Assembly: GCA_964432565.1 (NCBI GenBank)
Contig: CAYSOA010000011.1
Coordinates: 612-64,611, forward strand
Direction: 5' to 3'
DNA from: an uncultured Bacteriovorax sp.
GTDB taxonomy: Bacteria > Bdellovibrionota > UBA1018
DNA: 64,000 nt
Below are positions 63,934-64,000 of this stretch, in pieces. How positions within the stretch are numbered: the stretch's first letter is position 1; each line of letters starts with the position of its first letter. The position numbers and the translations under genes are program-made. The notes beneath the pieces are model-generated. The model saw nothing but the letters and a program-made list of their open reading frames with translations, was not told the origin of the DNA and did no database searches.

Positions 63934-64000
63934 ACTGCCCCACTACCGTGGGGCCCTACGCGACAATCGAGCTCAAACCCGGAATCAGAATCTCAACTGA

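Noticed and set aside
1-64000. CRISPR arrays, transposases or IS elements, prophage genes, toxin-antitoxin pairs and rRNA.
   Set aside because: None of the translated ORFs shows transposase, integrase, Cas or phage signatures. The few intergenic regions are under about 210 bp, apart from 54066-54472, and contain no regularly spaced repeats. Coding density and gene content look like core chromosome.

Overview
This is a compact, moderately GC-rich bacterial chromosomal segment with about 68 protein genes, 1 tRNA and very little non-coding DNA. Many neighbouring genes are joined by ATGA or TGATG start/stop overlaps, and several convergent pairs abut or overlap.

The gene content points to a Bdellovibrionota/Myxococcota-like Gram-negative organism. 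That rests on an AgmX/PglI-type C-terminal domain, GYF_2 and PilZ proteins, TolQ plus two TolR paralogs, and cdaA-cdaR-glmM. It is an inference only.

Most of the window is housekeeping:
- trxA, gmhA, polA, nusB, nrdR, glyA, rpiB
- the yceD-rpmF-plsX-fabH-fabD-fabG-acpP-fabF block
- thiolase plus a two-subunit CoA-transferase
- rlmM, pyrE, nadB, alr
- leuS-lptE-holA, rpsT, a YhhQ-type transporter, tRNA(CAT), tilS-ftsH
- cdaA-cdaR-glmM-pdxJ-nnr-tsaE

I saw no CRISPR array, transposase, integrase, prophage or rRNA.

The non-housekeeping parts worth a second look are:
1. An Agl/Glt-like envelope-machine cluster at 1-10279: TPR proteins, an FHA-TM-AgmX/PglI-tail protein, and TolQ with 2x TolR.
2. 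A CHASE2 nucleotide cyclase translationally linked to an SH3-like periplasmic protein and an M48 protease (15002-18364).
3. Four overlapping orphan genes between nusB and that cyclase (18396-20396). One is a stand-alone M17-aminopeptidase N-terminal-like (macro-fold) domain.
4. An ATGA-chained five-gene envelope operon at 32153-36862: a Cys-rich secreted protein, an NlpC/P60-like protein, an anchored small protein, HtrA and an orphan.
5. A histone-H1-like Lys/Ala-rich protein with a Cys/His motif and an acidic tail (31210-32115).
6. A VWA-like Cys-containing lipoprotein and GYF/PilZ proteins that may connect to the gliding-type machinery.

None of these can be called novel from sequence reading alone. 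All family assignments come from motif recognition by eye and need HMM or structure searches.
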